A DNA stretch of 32,000 bases, from assembly GCF_000400465.1 (NCBI RefSeq), contig NW_008806293.1, forward strand, positions 62,601-94,600, written 5' to 3'. The DNA comes from Wallemia ichthyophaga EXF-994 (lineage: Eukaryota; Fungi; Basidiomycota). Positions 22,833 through 32,000 of the stretch are shown here, piece after piece (position 1 is the first letter of the stretch; each line of letters opens with the position of its first letter). Position numbers and translations under genes: made by a program. A model generated the notes under the pieces. The model saw only the letters and a list, made by a program, of their open reading frames with translations. It did no database searches and was not told the DNA's origin.

Positions 22833-23801
22833 ATGATGATTAATAGAATTGCAAAAGTAAACACGCGCAACATCGCCACGAGCGTGCGCACACTCGCCAA
22901 CAAGGCAGAAGATGTGGACTCACACGCCAATTCGCCATGGCAAGCGACGATAAAGGAGGGTGAGGAGAGTGGGGAGTATCCCGGGATGAAGCCCAACGAC
23001 CAAGAGACTAAGCAGTCAATAGGCTCAGCTTCTGCCGATCAAGTGGGCGGAAAGCGTGATGGACATGCTTACGCTGGTGAGAAGGTTGATGCACCAGAGC
23101 CAGGTTTAAAGGATAAATTCAAGAAGGCTCTTGGCTTAGCTTCGGATAATGAGAGTAAAAAGGGCAGAACATACACTACACTCGCACGCCAATTCTCTTC
23201 CACTGGCCACCTCAACAAGAAGGCAAACGAGCCCAAAGAGGAGACTAACAATGCGCAGTCTGGCCATATTCACCACAGCAATGCCACTGGTCAGCCTCTG
23301 CATGGCGCTGACAACGTCGACAAACCTGCTCGCTACAGTGACGCACTCGCGAAAGAAGAGGGTGTCCACAGTGGTGCCAGAGGTGGTTATGTACATGCTA
23401 TGCCTAGTGCTGAAGCTGAGAGCAGCGGCAAATCTTCAGCATACCCAACCAATGATGCTGTAGGTATGGAAAACTACCCAGCTGCCAACTTGGATGGCGT
23501 TAAACCTTCGGGGTCAGTGCCTGGCTCAAGCACCATTCCAGATCCACTACCAGAGAGCATCAGAGAGAGTGTGACGCGCACCACCGATCCAGATGCGTTA
23601 GGTTCTAGCAATAGGCTCAGACACGGCCAGTCACCTGGCAGAGACTTCAACGAAGAGGGTTCGAATATGAACGATTTGCCAAGAGACAGAGTCGACCCAA
23701 CTTCAGAGCTCGGTTCCAGAGGTGTGAACCTCCCACCACCACCACGCACACAGGCAGAGCTCGACCAGCTCCATCCTGGCCGAAAGAATCCATCAAAGTG
23801 A
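22833..23801 (+). CDS. Hypothetical hydrophilic, probably disordered protein with a putative mitochondrial presequence
   Basis: Long open frame from the first ATG at 22833 (MMINRIAKVNTRNIATSVRTLANK: R/S/T-rich, no acidic residues); the rest is G/S/P/D/E-rich. No family recognised. Confidence 0.65.
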   Translation: MMINRIAKVNTRNIATSVRTLANKAEDVDSHANSPWQATIKEGEESGEYPGMKPNDQETKQSIGSASADQVGGKRDGHAYAGEKVDAPEPGLKDKFKKALGLASDNESKKGRTYTTLARQFSSTGHLNKKANEPKEETNNAQSGHIHHSNATGQPLHGADNVDKPARYSDALAKEEGVHSGARGGYVHAMPSAEAESSGKSSAYPTNDAVGMENYPAANLDGVKPSGSVPGSSTIPDPLPESIRESVTRTTDPDALGSSNRLRHGQSPGRDFNEEGSNMNDLPRDRVDPTSELGSRGVNLPPPPRTQAELDQLHPGRKNPSK

Positions 23802-23868
23802 GAGCAAGATGCGGAGAAACTCTATAAATTTGATAAATACACTTATTTTGCTGATTTCCTAATTTCCT

Positions 23869-25137
23869 CTATTGTTTTGGAATCTCAACCCTCTCCACTT
23901 GGTCGGCGACGCTATCGACAGACTGCTGCTGGAATGTAGCAGCCGAAGCCTTTGTCTTGTTCTTTTTTGCCTCATTTTTTGCCTTCTTTGCCTCTTTGGC
24001 GGCAGCGGCAGGATCTATTGGTGGTGGGTATGCTGCCTTCTCAACTGCCTTGAACTCTTCATCAGCCTCAAAGTCCTTTCTAATTGGATCGAGAAGGGTG
24101 TTAATGGCATCCTCAACCGCCTTCTTGAGATCACCGGGATGGAGAGCTTTGGTTGAAAAGTCATGCTCGATTTTATCGTAATCCTTGTAGTGCAACGAGC
24201 CACCAAATCTTTCTGGACGGGTGACCGAGAATAAAAAGTCATTGGCGGCATCTTGGGCAGCGAAAGGCGATGCACCCTTAATAAGCTGCTTATATGCAGC
24301 GATTGGGAGTACAACAGCTTTCAAGAAAGCCAACAAGCCATTTTCTTGGACATTACCTTCCTCACAGAAAGCCAACTTGATCTTCTTCTTGACATCTGCA
24401 GCAGAATCGAGGAAATCAATTTTAGAGTTAGGGTCTGAAGAAGACATTTTACCACCGGCCAAGCCAGGGACCATGGCATTCATCAAGTGAGCCCTCTTAG
24501 CGTAGCCGAGCTTTGGGAGAAGGGACTCAGCCATAACAAAGATCTTCCTCTGATCAACACCGCCAAATTGGAAATCACAGCCCAGATGCTCTTCGTCGAG
24601 AGCTTGGAGGCCAGGGTAGAGCATACCGGAGAGAAGAGGGGAGGAGACCTGCTTGACGACTTCAGCGCCAGCCTTTTTAGCGTCATGCTCAGTTGTCATG
24701 GCAGCGAGCCTGTAGCTGTCCATGGAGTATTGCGGGGTGAGTTGATAGGAAGAACCGACGACGAAGATGAGATTATCGACAGGAACGTCGAGGCTGATGA
24801 AGATGGATCGAAGGAGTTTAGTGTAGTACTTGACTCTATCCTGTACTAATTCAAATGGGGCTTTGAGATTATCCAAGAAAGCGTGTATATCAGCCATAAG
24901 CACTTTGACTTCAACGCCTGCTCTGAGGAAATCTGCAATTTTAACGAGAGGAACAAAGTAGCCAACGTGTGGTCTACCCGTGGGCGCTGTTCCCCAATAA
25001 CATTTCAATTGCTCGCCTGTACTGATCTTCTGCTTGACGATATCTGCACCGAGAACTTCGTGCAACGAACGAGTAATCAGATTGAAGCGTTGATTTTGTT
25101 CGTTATTGAGATGTACTTGCTTCGAATTATCTGCCAT
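23869..25137 (-). CDS. TYS1: Cytoplasmic tyrosyl-tRNA synthetase (intronless)
   Basis: YWGTAPTGRPHVGY (HIGH-like), ADIHAFLDNLKAP, YPGLQALDEEHL, QFGGVDQRKIF, GGKMSSSDPNSKID (KMSKS-like), LHPGDLK. Confidence 0.97.
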   Translation of the reverse strand: MADNSKQVHLNNEQNQRFNLITRSLHEVLGADIVKQKISTGEQLKCYWGTAPTGRPHVGYFVPLVKIADFLRAGVEVKVLMADIHAFLDNLKAPFELVQDRVKYYTKLLRSIFISLDVPVDNLIFVVGSSYQLTPQYSMDSYRLAAMTTEHDAKKAGAEVVKQVSSPLLSGMLYPGLQALDEEHLGCDFQFGGVDQRKIFVMAESLLPKLGYAKRAHLMNAMVPGLAGGKMSSSDPNSKIDFLDSAADVKKKIKLAFCEEGNVQENGLLAFLKAVVLPIAAYKQLIKGASPFAAQDAANDFLFSVTRPERFGGSLHYKDYDKIEHDFSTKALHPGDLKKAVEDAINTLLDPIRKDFEADEEFKAVEKAAYPPPIDPAAAAKEAKKAKNEAKKNKTKASAATFQQQSVDSVADQVERVEIPKQ

Positions 25138-25306
25138 TTTGAATTTTAAAAGATGGACGTGAGTTATAAAGAGCGTCGTCATACATCTCTTCAACACAAA
25201 CATCGATGAATATGTCAAATAATTTCACTTCTTGGGGACGGTGAGTTAGATTTATGCGCGTATAAAACCAACTTACAATCTCCTTAGCCCTTTCACTGAC
25301 GCTAAG

Positions 25307-26083
25307 ATGGACATGTACGGTGGTGATGTTACACAGCGGTACCAGCTCGGCGCGCAGCAGATGACTGTCCCCGATGACAAGTTCTCTGAAGGCGTACAGA
25401 AGACTCAACAGCCCATAGTCACCGGCACTTCGGTCATTGGATTGAAATTCAAAGACGGTATCATGCTCGCTGCTGATAACCTTGCTTCTTATGGCTCTTT
25501 GGCTCGTTTTAAGGATATCCAGAGACTATATGGCGTTGGTTCAAATACAATCATTGGCGCTGCTGGCGATATGTCTGACTTCCAGCACGTTCAACATCAA
25601 CTTGACACTCTCATTACTGACGAGTATTGCCACGATGACGGTCATTCCCTTGGACCTGCTCAAATTTACGAGTATATGAGCACTCTTATGTACCATCGTC
25701 GCAGCCAGCTCAATCCTCTCTGGAATGCTTTCGTTGTTGGTGGTGTTGATCCAAAATCTGGTGAATCCACTCTCGCTTACGTTGATCTATTGGGTACTAC
25801 TTACTCTGCTCCAACTATCGGTACTGGTTATGCTTCAATGATTGCCATTCCTCTACTCAGGAGACTGGTCGAAGATCGTCAGGAGCCTCTTAACAAGGAA
25901 GATGCTTTGGATATCATCAAAACTTGCATGAAAGTTCTCTTTTACAGAGACGCTAGATCCCTCAACAAATTCCAAGTCGCTACAATCACAAAGGAGGGCT
26001 CTGAAATTAGCCAAAGCATGTCTGTTGACACTGAATGGGGTTTCGCTGAGGGTATTAGAGGTTACGGTGGACAGACACAATAA
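25307..26083 (+). CDS. PRE4: 20S proteasome beta-7 subunit (PSMB4/Pre4, intronless)
   Basis: TQQPIVTGTSVIGLKFKDGIMLAADNLASYGSLARFKD, YHRRSQLNPLWN, YVDLLGTTYS, CMKVLFYRDARSLN, C-terminal W.FAEGIRGYG.Q. Confidence 0.97.
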   Translation: MDMYGGDVTQRYQLGAQQMTVPDDKFSEGVQKTQQPIVTGTSVIGLKFKDGIMLAADNLASYGSLARFKDIQRLYGVGSNTIIGAAGDMSDFQHVQHQLDTLITDEYCHDDGHSLGPAQIYEYMSTLMYHRRSQLNPLWNAFVVGGVDPKSGESTLAYVDLLGTTYSAPTIGTGYASMIAIPLLRRLVEDRQEPLNKEDALDIIKTCMKVLFYRDARSLNKFQVATITKEGSEISQSMSVDTEWGFAEGIRGYGGQTQ

Positions 26084-26154
26084 AAGTGTATGATTTGTAT
26101 TACATCTTTACTATTTCATCAATTCAACTAAATCCTAAATACGTCATAAACCAT

Positions 26155-29153
26155 TTAAACACGATCAAACGCTGACGACGATCGACTTAGCCGTGTGTCT
26201 TCAGTTTGCTGCGTTGGCTCAATCTCCATCACTTCGGCTTGTTTCTTCGCTTCGTACCGCTCTTTACGTGGGCTCAAGTTCTCTTGTGACTGCGACTGCA
26301 AGAACGACGACTCATGACCACGCACGAAAGTCTGCAGACTCTTGACAGTAGTAAATAGCAGCATTGGTAAGCCGGTAACACCCTGTCTACCAAGCCATTC
26401 AACGTAATTAGCTCGTATATTCAGCCCGTGCATATCTAGCGAGCTTCCCTTTAAAGCGCTATTACTTACGGCGCCCTCGTAACGTTCTGGATGCGTTACA
26501 TTAAAGTAATCCTGGAACTCCCCCAGAAATCTCTGCGACAGAGGCACAAGACGAGGATTAAAGGCAACGTCACCAACCGCCTTGATCGATAATTGGTATC
26601 GTCCCCACTCGAGATCCTGAGAACTTTTGTGGAGCCGTTCGAGTACATCTCGACCAAGACCTGAAACCCACTCTCCAGTGCGTGATATTGGATCGAATGC
26701 CTTCATACGGTAGAATAATTCGCAAGTAGCCAAAACCCATTCGTGGAATTGTTTTTTGAAAGCTGGCGGATATTCACTTACACGACCTTCTTTGAGTAGA
26801 TCTCCATGTACCGTCATTATCTCACGCCAGTTACATATTTGGGCGCATAAACGCGATATCACTTCAACACCACCATTTTGAATAAGGGTAAAGAACATTT
26901 CTGTATTGGGTAGCTTGATACTGCAATCTTGAATGCTTGTCATTAATGGTGTGGTAGCTTCGATCGTGTCCAATATGACGTGGTGCACTGCCGCGTTATT
27001 GGGATGATCCTGAGTGCCAACTGCATAAGATGCAATTAACCATCACAAAAAAAGAAACTTACCTTGTATATCAACTCCCCTAGCATCTCGACATGCTCGA
27101 CCATCAGCGTGTTTACATATTGCCAATTAATCCTCGCATCGTCGTCCGCCAATGTAATGTAAGTTTGGCGCATCCGACTCCAATTATAGCAAGACCATTG
27201 CCTCAGTAGTGCGTTGTAGCATTTCACAACTCTTATGCGAAATTCCAAGCCAGAATATGCAGAGAGACGCGCGAGAGGCTGAAGAACCAGCTCGTGGATC
27301 ACTAATGAGGATATTAGTAAGACTTAAACCCCGTAGCACTTAATCTACCTTGAAAAGGTCGGGGAGGGTAGTAAGAAATAAGTTCAAATATCTCAGTTTG
27401 GAAGATAGCGCCATCCCATGTCTCGAGAAAGTCGACAACAAACGCCTCGATTAATGGTGATAGTTGCTGGTAGGTTTGATCAGTTTGAGTTGTTCAGTTA
27501 ATCAAAAATCCACCAAATACCTTAGTGTATCTGCAATGAGCGACAACAAGGCGTAAGAACTCCTCAGAAGCTTCGTAATTGTCTTGCGTAAGTGGAGAGC
27601 TCACGATCGCGTCTTTTAGGGCATGCGATAGCCATGCACTCAGCTGCCTAGTGTTTTTGTCTAATGGGCAGTATTGGTGAGTATATCTTAGACAATTAAC
27701 ACCTCAACCAACCTGTCGGATGAGCCAAATAGGCCCACGTTGCGAAATTATTCTGCAAAAGAGCAGCCACCTGAGACGGCATAGTGAGACGATCAAAGTA
27801 TTTACCGAGAGTGCGCAAAGTGGGACAGTCTTGAATGGTGATGATGCTGCCCCTTGATTGCATGACTGACAATGGTGGCGCTGCATACTCTATCCTTTGT
27901 CTCTTTTGTGGTACTAAGCTTTGTTGCAAAATCTCCGAAGTTGTTTGCTTTGCATTTCTCTCGGCCCTTTCTTGACGTTTCTGGATTAGCTGCTCTTCAT
28001 ATTCTTCCACTGTGCCTTCTCTGATTGCGCGTGACTTCTGCTTCCAGTTTGCGTTGACCTGGTTTTTTATGTTAGGTGTGTCTCAGTCCATAGCTCCTTG
28101 CTCACTCTGTAGGGCCGTTTGCCAGCTGCGCGACCGATACCTGGAGGAATTCGTGTAGGGTGGTATGAGCGGAAAACGTTTATGAGAGCGGGGAGAGAAG
28201 GGTCTAGTGGAAAGCGTGCCTGTAGAGTGAGTCTGTTTGGGAGCGAGAATTTTAGTAGCGAACAGTGAGAACTAAAAAAAAAAACGCACATGAACGAAAC
28301 TCTAAACGGTATGACGTGCTCGCGTCTAGTCAATAATGCTAGCAAATAAGGCAGGTGTGGTCTAAGAGAGGTAAGTGAGTATGCAGGTACAACATAACGA
28401 CAGCTGACGGCGTACCTTAAAGTCTCTATACCAAGATGATTCCACAAAACGGCATACATATTACCGAGCGTGCGTCGCGCAGTACTATCAATCCACTCCA
28501 AAACAGCCACTAGCCATTTAAGACCGGCAGCTTGAGTGGTGGTATCAGCGAGCTTGTGTCTGCTAGCGCCGAGAGAACCAAGAATGGAGATAATGGTGTT
28601 TTCATTGACGGTGGTGATTGGGTGCAAGAAGGTGAATAGCTTGTTGCTGCACTGTTTGTCTGGAGGTGTGTGTGAGGTGTTGAGGCTGTAGGTGTGCATT
28701 AACTCACTCATGTCACCACTTAGAGCAACTTCCACTGCCTCCGCTATCTCTTCTGGGCTACAGCCAGCTTTCATGACGCGCGCGTTTATCGCTGCGAAAG
28801 TGCGCCCAGTGATTTCACGTTTTTCTTTAGAAAGCGGGTATGTGTTGCCTTGTGGGTGTCAGGAGTCGGTGCATCGTGGTTGATGAGAATTACCCACTTT
28901 TCTTCAGAATCGATAGCAGAGGATAGAGACTGTCGGCTACTTCTCCATCAGGGGGAAGATGGTAGATTTGTTTGTTGGCTTCTACATTTTCATTTGGCTG
29001 TTCGGTGTTTTCTGGCTGCTCTGGATGCTGTCTGGTATCTTGCCCCTCTGTGTTATCAATCTGGGTGTTCTCTCGCGCATTAGTATCCAAATCTCTGGAG
29101 CTGTCAGGATCGCCTCTCGATTCACGGCGCGGCGACTGGCGTACGCGAACCAT
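26155..29153 (-). CDS. MIS6: Inner kinetochore protein CENP-I / Mis6 (multi-exon)
   Basis: ISILGSLGAS...TTQAAGLKWLVAVL...LWNHLGIETLRPHLPYLLALLTRREHVIPFR matches the Mis6/CENP-I N-terminal signature (ITRRKHV.PFR). Downstream exons (27696-28010, 27036-27302, 26155-26988) are consistent with a protein of about 800 aa. First exon from ATG 29153, joined by intron 28849-28897 (GTGGGT...AAG). Not all junctions were resolved. Confidence 0.75.
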
Positions 29154-29345
29154 CTGAGATAAGGATGTTGGTCGTTCGAAACGAAGGAGGGTGGGAGATG
29201 TCGACGATACAGACGGCGAGATGAAGGGTGGGGCGGTGTAGAGGAGAGAGATAGCAATCAGAAACAGTCTTATAAGCCAGCCTAGTCGCTGCAATCGATA
29301 TTTCCGGTAATTATACGCGCCTTATCTTCTTCACCAACAACGGCG

Positions 29346-30234
29346 ATGAGCGACGACACAGATATGGAAGTTGAGCGTATAGTGGATGGCGAGGAGGGCG
29401 GAAATGACGGGGATAAAGGTCAAAACAAAATCAAAGACCCAGAACCCGCGGGAAGTGAAGCTGAGCGAGATGAAGCTGAGGGCGTACGCGACACGAACGG
29501 AGCAAATGGTGCAAATGTTGCAAATGCAGGAGTAGAAGCCAGTACAAGCGCAATCGCAAATCCATCAGAAAACACACCACAACCACAACCACAACCACAA
29601 CCACAAAAACTAGGCAAACGAGCGAAACAGACGCGTCAACTAGTCCAAATGGCCCTCAATCACATAGTAGAAGGATGGTCATATGACAATTTCGCCGAGT
29701 CGTTCCCCGCTATTGCAAAAGATGCACCGGAGTCGCTGAGCAGTATGCGCGAGCAGACCAAAGACCATTTCGAAGCGAGTGTGACAAGCTCTATAGCTGC
29801 ATTACACGAGCGCCGACGCGTCGTCGAATCGCTTAACAGTCTTGACGATATGCTCGAGGAGATACAGCGTGCTAAACGGAGCAAAGGGACCAACTTCAAA
29901 AAGAAAGGGGAAATGCTCGCCAATGACCCTTTCCTCGCTTACAGAGTGAGGAGGAAAGCTGTACTGATGCAGGAACATAGAGAAATGGATGAGCGCGTCG
30001 AGGATGCGCGTAGAGAGATGGATCAACTGGTGGGGAACATCAAGGAAATGGAAGCAGAGGAGGAAGCAGGTGAGAGTGAGAAGAGAGAGCTGGAAAGGTT
30101 GTTGGGTGTGGTGAGTGCGTGGTTTCGTGCGTGCTACAAGTCTAACACACGCTACACAGGTCGATAGCAGCACACAGAATATCCCTATAGATGAAATGCG
30201 GGTTGTTCAAGCAGAAACAGAGCTTATGTTGTAA
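29346..30234 (+). CDS. NNF1: Kinetochore MIND/Mis12 complex subunit Nnf1/PMF1-like; intron 30111-30159
   Basis: WSYDNFAESFPAIA...MREQTKDHFEASVTSSIAALHERRRVVESLNSLDDMLEE fits the Nnf1 domain pattern, followed by a coiled coil. It has an acidic disordered N-terminal extension. Confidence 0.72.
29577..29606 (+). repeat. (CCACAA)5 hexanucleotide repeat encoding (PQ)5
   Basis: Seen directly in the NNF1 N-terminal linker (PQPQPQPQPQ). Confidence 0.95.
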
Positions 30235-30270
30235 AATACATGTATTATTCCTCTATCCCATACCATCATC

Positions 30271-32000
30271 ATGCTTGATATCTGTGAAATAGTTCATAAG
30301 GGTGGGTGAATGATATTAAGATATTACAATGCTTATCACTACCCAATTTTACAGGTGGTACTGTGCTCTGGTCACGCACTTACACTCCAGAAGCTGCACA
30401 CGACGCAGAAAGCGCGCACTCACCGACAAACACGCTCATCAAAGAGGGAGTTATTGAAGGACGTTTAACCAGCTCACCGCACGACATAAACCAATACAGA
30501 GTACACTGGGGATTGGAGAACAAGACCGATCTTATCTTTGTGATTGCATACTCGAAGATTATTCAACTGGGATGGGTGGATGAGCTACTCGAGACAGCCA
30601 AAGCTCTATTCGTCAGTCTATTCAAACCCGTGATTGAGCATATCATTGCTGCTCTAAGCGGTGCTACTCCCGATGACGCTGTTAATCTCGACTTACCCGC
30701 CATGTTCAAAGGCTGGGATGAGGTATTCGATCAGCTGGTAAATGATATCGATGTGCGTTGTTCTTCGTTGGCTGTACTTACACCCTCTCACAACTGCTCT
30801 CACCAGAAAAAGAAGAATATTCGAGGAAAGTCTAGCAACGCTGGTGCGGCTACAAGAAACGCAACTTCAAATCAGAACAAATCAGGTATGCATATTCTAC
30901 CATCACAGCCCAACTCTTCACTCACACAACCAAGCACCCACGCGTGACGAGCCTAAGGCCATTGATGCAGAGGAGATTTCCAAAAATGTCGAAGCAATGA
31001 AAAACAGAATCAAGTCTAAGAAGGCGCGTGGTGGAAAGAAGGTGGTGAAAGGTGAGACAATCAATGATACACCAGTCGATACAAAGAAGGGTAAAAAAGA
31101 AATGCGTTCATGGGGCGATAAAATATCTTCAAAACAGATGTCAGAATTAGATTATAGTAGTGGTGGTGCGGATGACGGGCTGGACGATAAACATGTCCAA
31201 ACACTCGTCTCAGATTCCTCCAAGGGTAGCCATGATGGTGAGGTGTACACGTTGGCAGAATATGCAAATGAGAAAGGCAGTGATGAAGATGACGATTTGT
31301 TAGATATTGAAATACCAGCACTCTCAGACACACCACAGAAAGGTACATCTTGGGGAATATTCTCATCACTCCCCTCTCTCAATGTGTTAAAAGGGAAGAA
31401 ACTCGACAAAAATACACTACAGCCAGTACTCAGCTCCATGTCGAGCTTACTGATGAAGAAAAATGTAGCATCAAGCGTTTCTGAACAGATATGCGATTCA
31501 GTCGAGCAACAGTTGGTCGGACGCACAATATCATCATTCAGTAGTATAAAAGGGGCAGTAAAGTCAGCGCTGACTACATCAATTACACGCGTACTCACAC
31601 CCAAGACATCCACCGATATACTCTACGAAATATCACAAAAGAAGAAGACGACGACTTCAAATGGGAAAACGACACCTTACAGTGTAGTATTTTGTGGTGT
31701 GAATGGAGTTGGGAAGTCAACAAATCTCTCCAAAGTTACGTATTGGTTATTAGAAAACAGGTACAAGGTGTTGATAGCGGCATGTGATACATTCCGTAGC
31801 GGGGCAGTTGAGCAACTACGTACGCACGTGTCTAATCTTAACAAGCTGAAACTGGGTAGTGGGGTAACTGCTCAAGTAGAGCTTTATGAGCGTGGCTATG
31901 GAAAAGATGCGAGTGGAATTGCACGTGATGCTTTGGGATATGGTGCGCAAAATGGATTCGATGTGGTATTGATAGATACTGCGGGAAGAATGCAAGATAA
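30271..32000 (+). CDS. SRP101: Signal recognition particle receptor alpha subunit (SRX + NG GTPase), multi-exon, truncated at window end
   Basis: MLDICEIVHKG|GTVLWSR, N-terminal longin-like region (LIFVIAYSKIIQLGWVDELL), GTPase motifs VVFCGVNGVGKSTNLSK, IAACDTFRSGAVEQLRTH, DVVLIDTAGRMQD. Confidence 0.96.

Noticed and set aside
22502-22996. 164-aa minus-strand ORF
   Set aside because: No recognisable motifs, TTG-type start, and partly antisense to a better-supported gene; probably spurious.
25312-25315. Third CATG in PRE4 whose minus-strand ATG is in frame with TYS1
   Set aside because: The TYS1 ORF in the track starts only at 25218, implying an in-frame stop in between, so it cannot be a shared start.
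5978-31613. Numerous short antisense or alternative-frame ORFs in the ORF track (e.g. 6492-6767, 15087-15401, 23474-23749, 29802-30173, 31152-31613)
   Set aside because: They are shadow ORFs of well-supported genes, with no independent similarity or splice support.

Overview
Eukaryotic (fungal) genomic DNA, very gene-dense, with short GT-AG introns (about 42-55 nt in those I resolved) and CTRAC/CTRAY-type branch sites. The proteins look basidiomycete-like and the compactness resembles Wallemia (inference, not verified). The window holds about 19 protein-coding genes, mostly housekeeping: ERG6, CFIm25/NUDT21, PAM16, RINT1/TIP20, SYF1, endonuclease G (NUC1), NC2-alpha, a SIVA-like Cys-rich protein, TAD3, a MARVEL-like protein, LSM2, RPA2/RPA135, ALG2, an FHA-coiled coil-TM protein, an RGG-rich protein, a low-complexity putative mitochondrial protein, TYS1, PRE4, CENP-I/Mis6, NNF1 and a truncated SRP receptor alpha. 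One box C/D snoRNA (snR66-like) lies between SYF1 and NUC1 and is invisible to the ORF track. No transposon, CRISPR array, tRNA or rRNA was seen. I found no evidence of a large novel multi-gene system. The most unusual signals are architectural. The PAM16 and RINT1 start codons interlock in one CATG palindrome, and a similar arrangement is possible for RPA2/ALG2. Two kinetochore genes sit head-to-head, one start codon is split by an intron (AT|G), the snoRNA is clamped by a 20-bp external stem, and a SIVA-like zinc finger occurs in a fungus. Exon boundaries were deduced by hand from splice signals and protein similarity recalled from memory, so they need RNA-seq confirmation.
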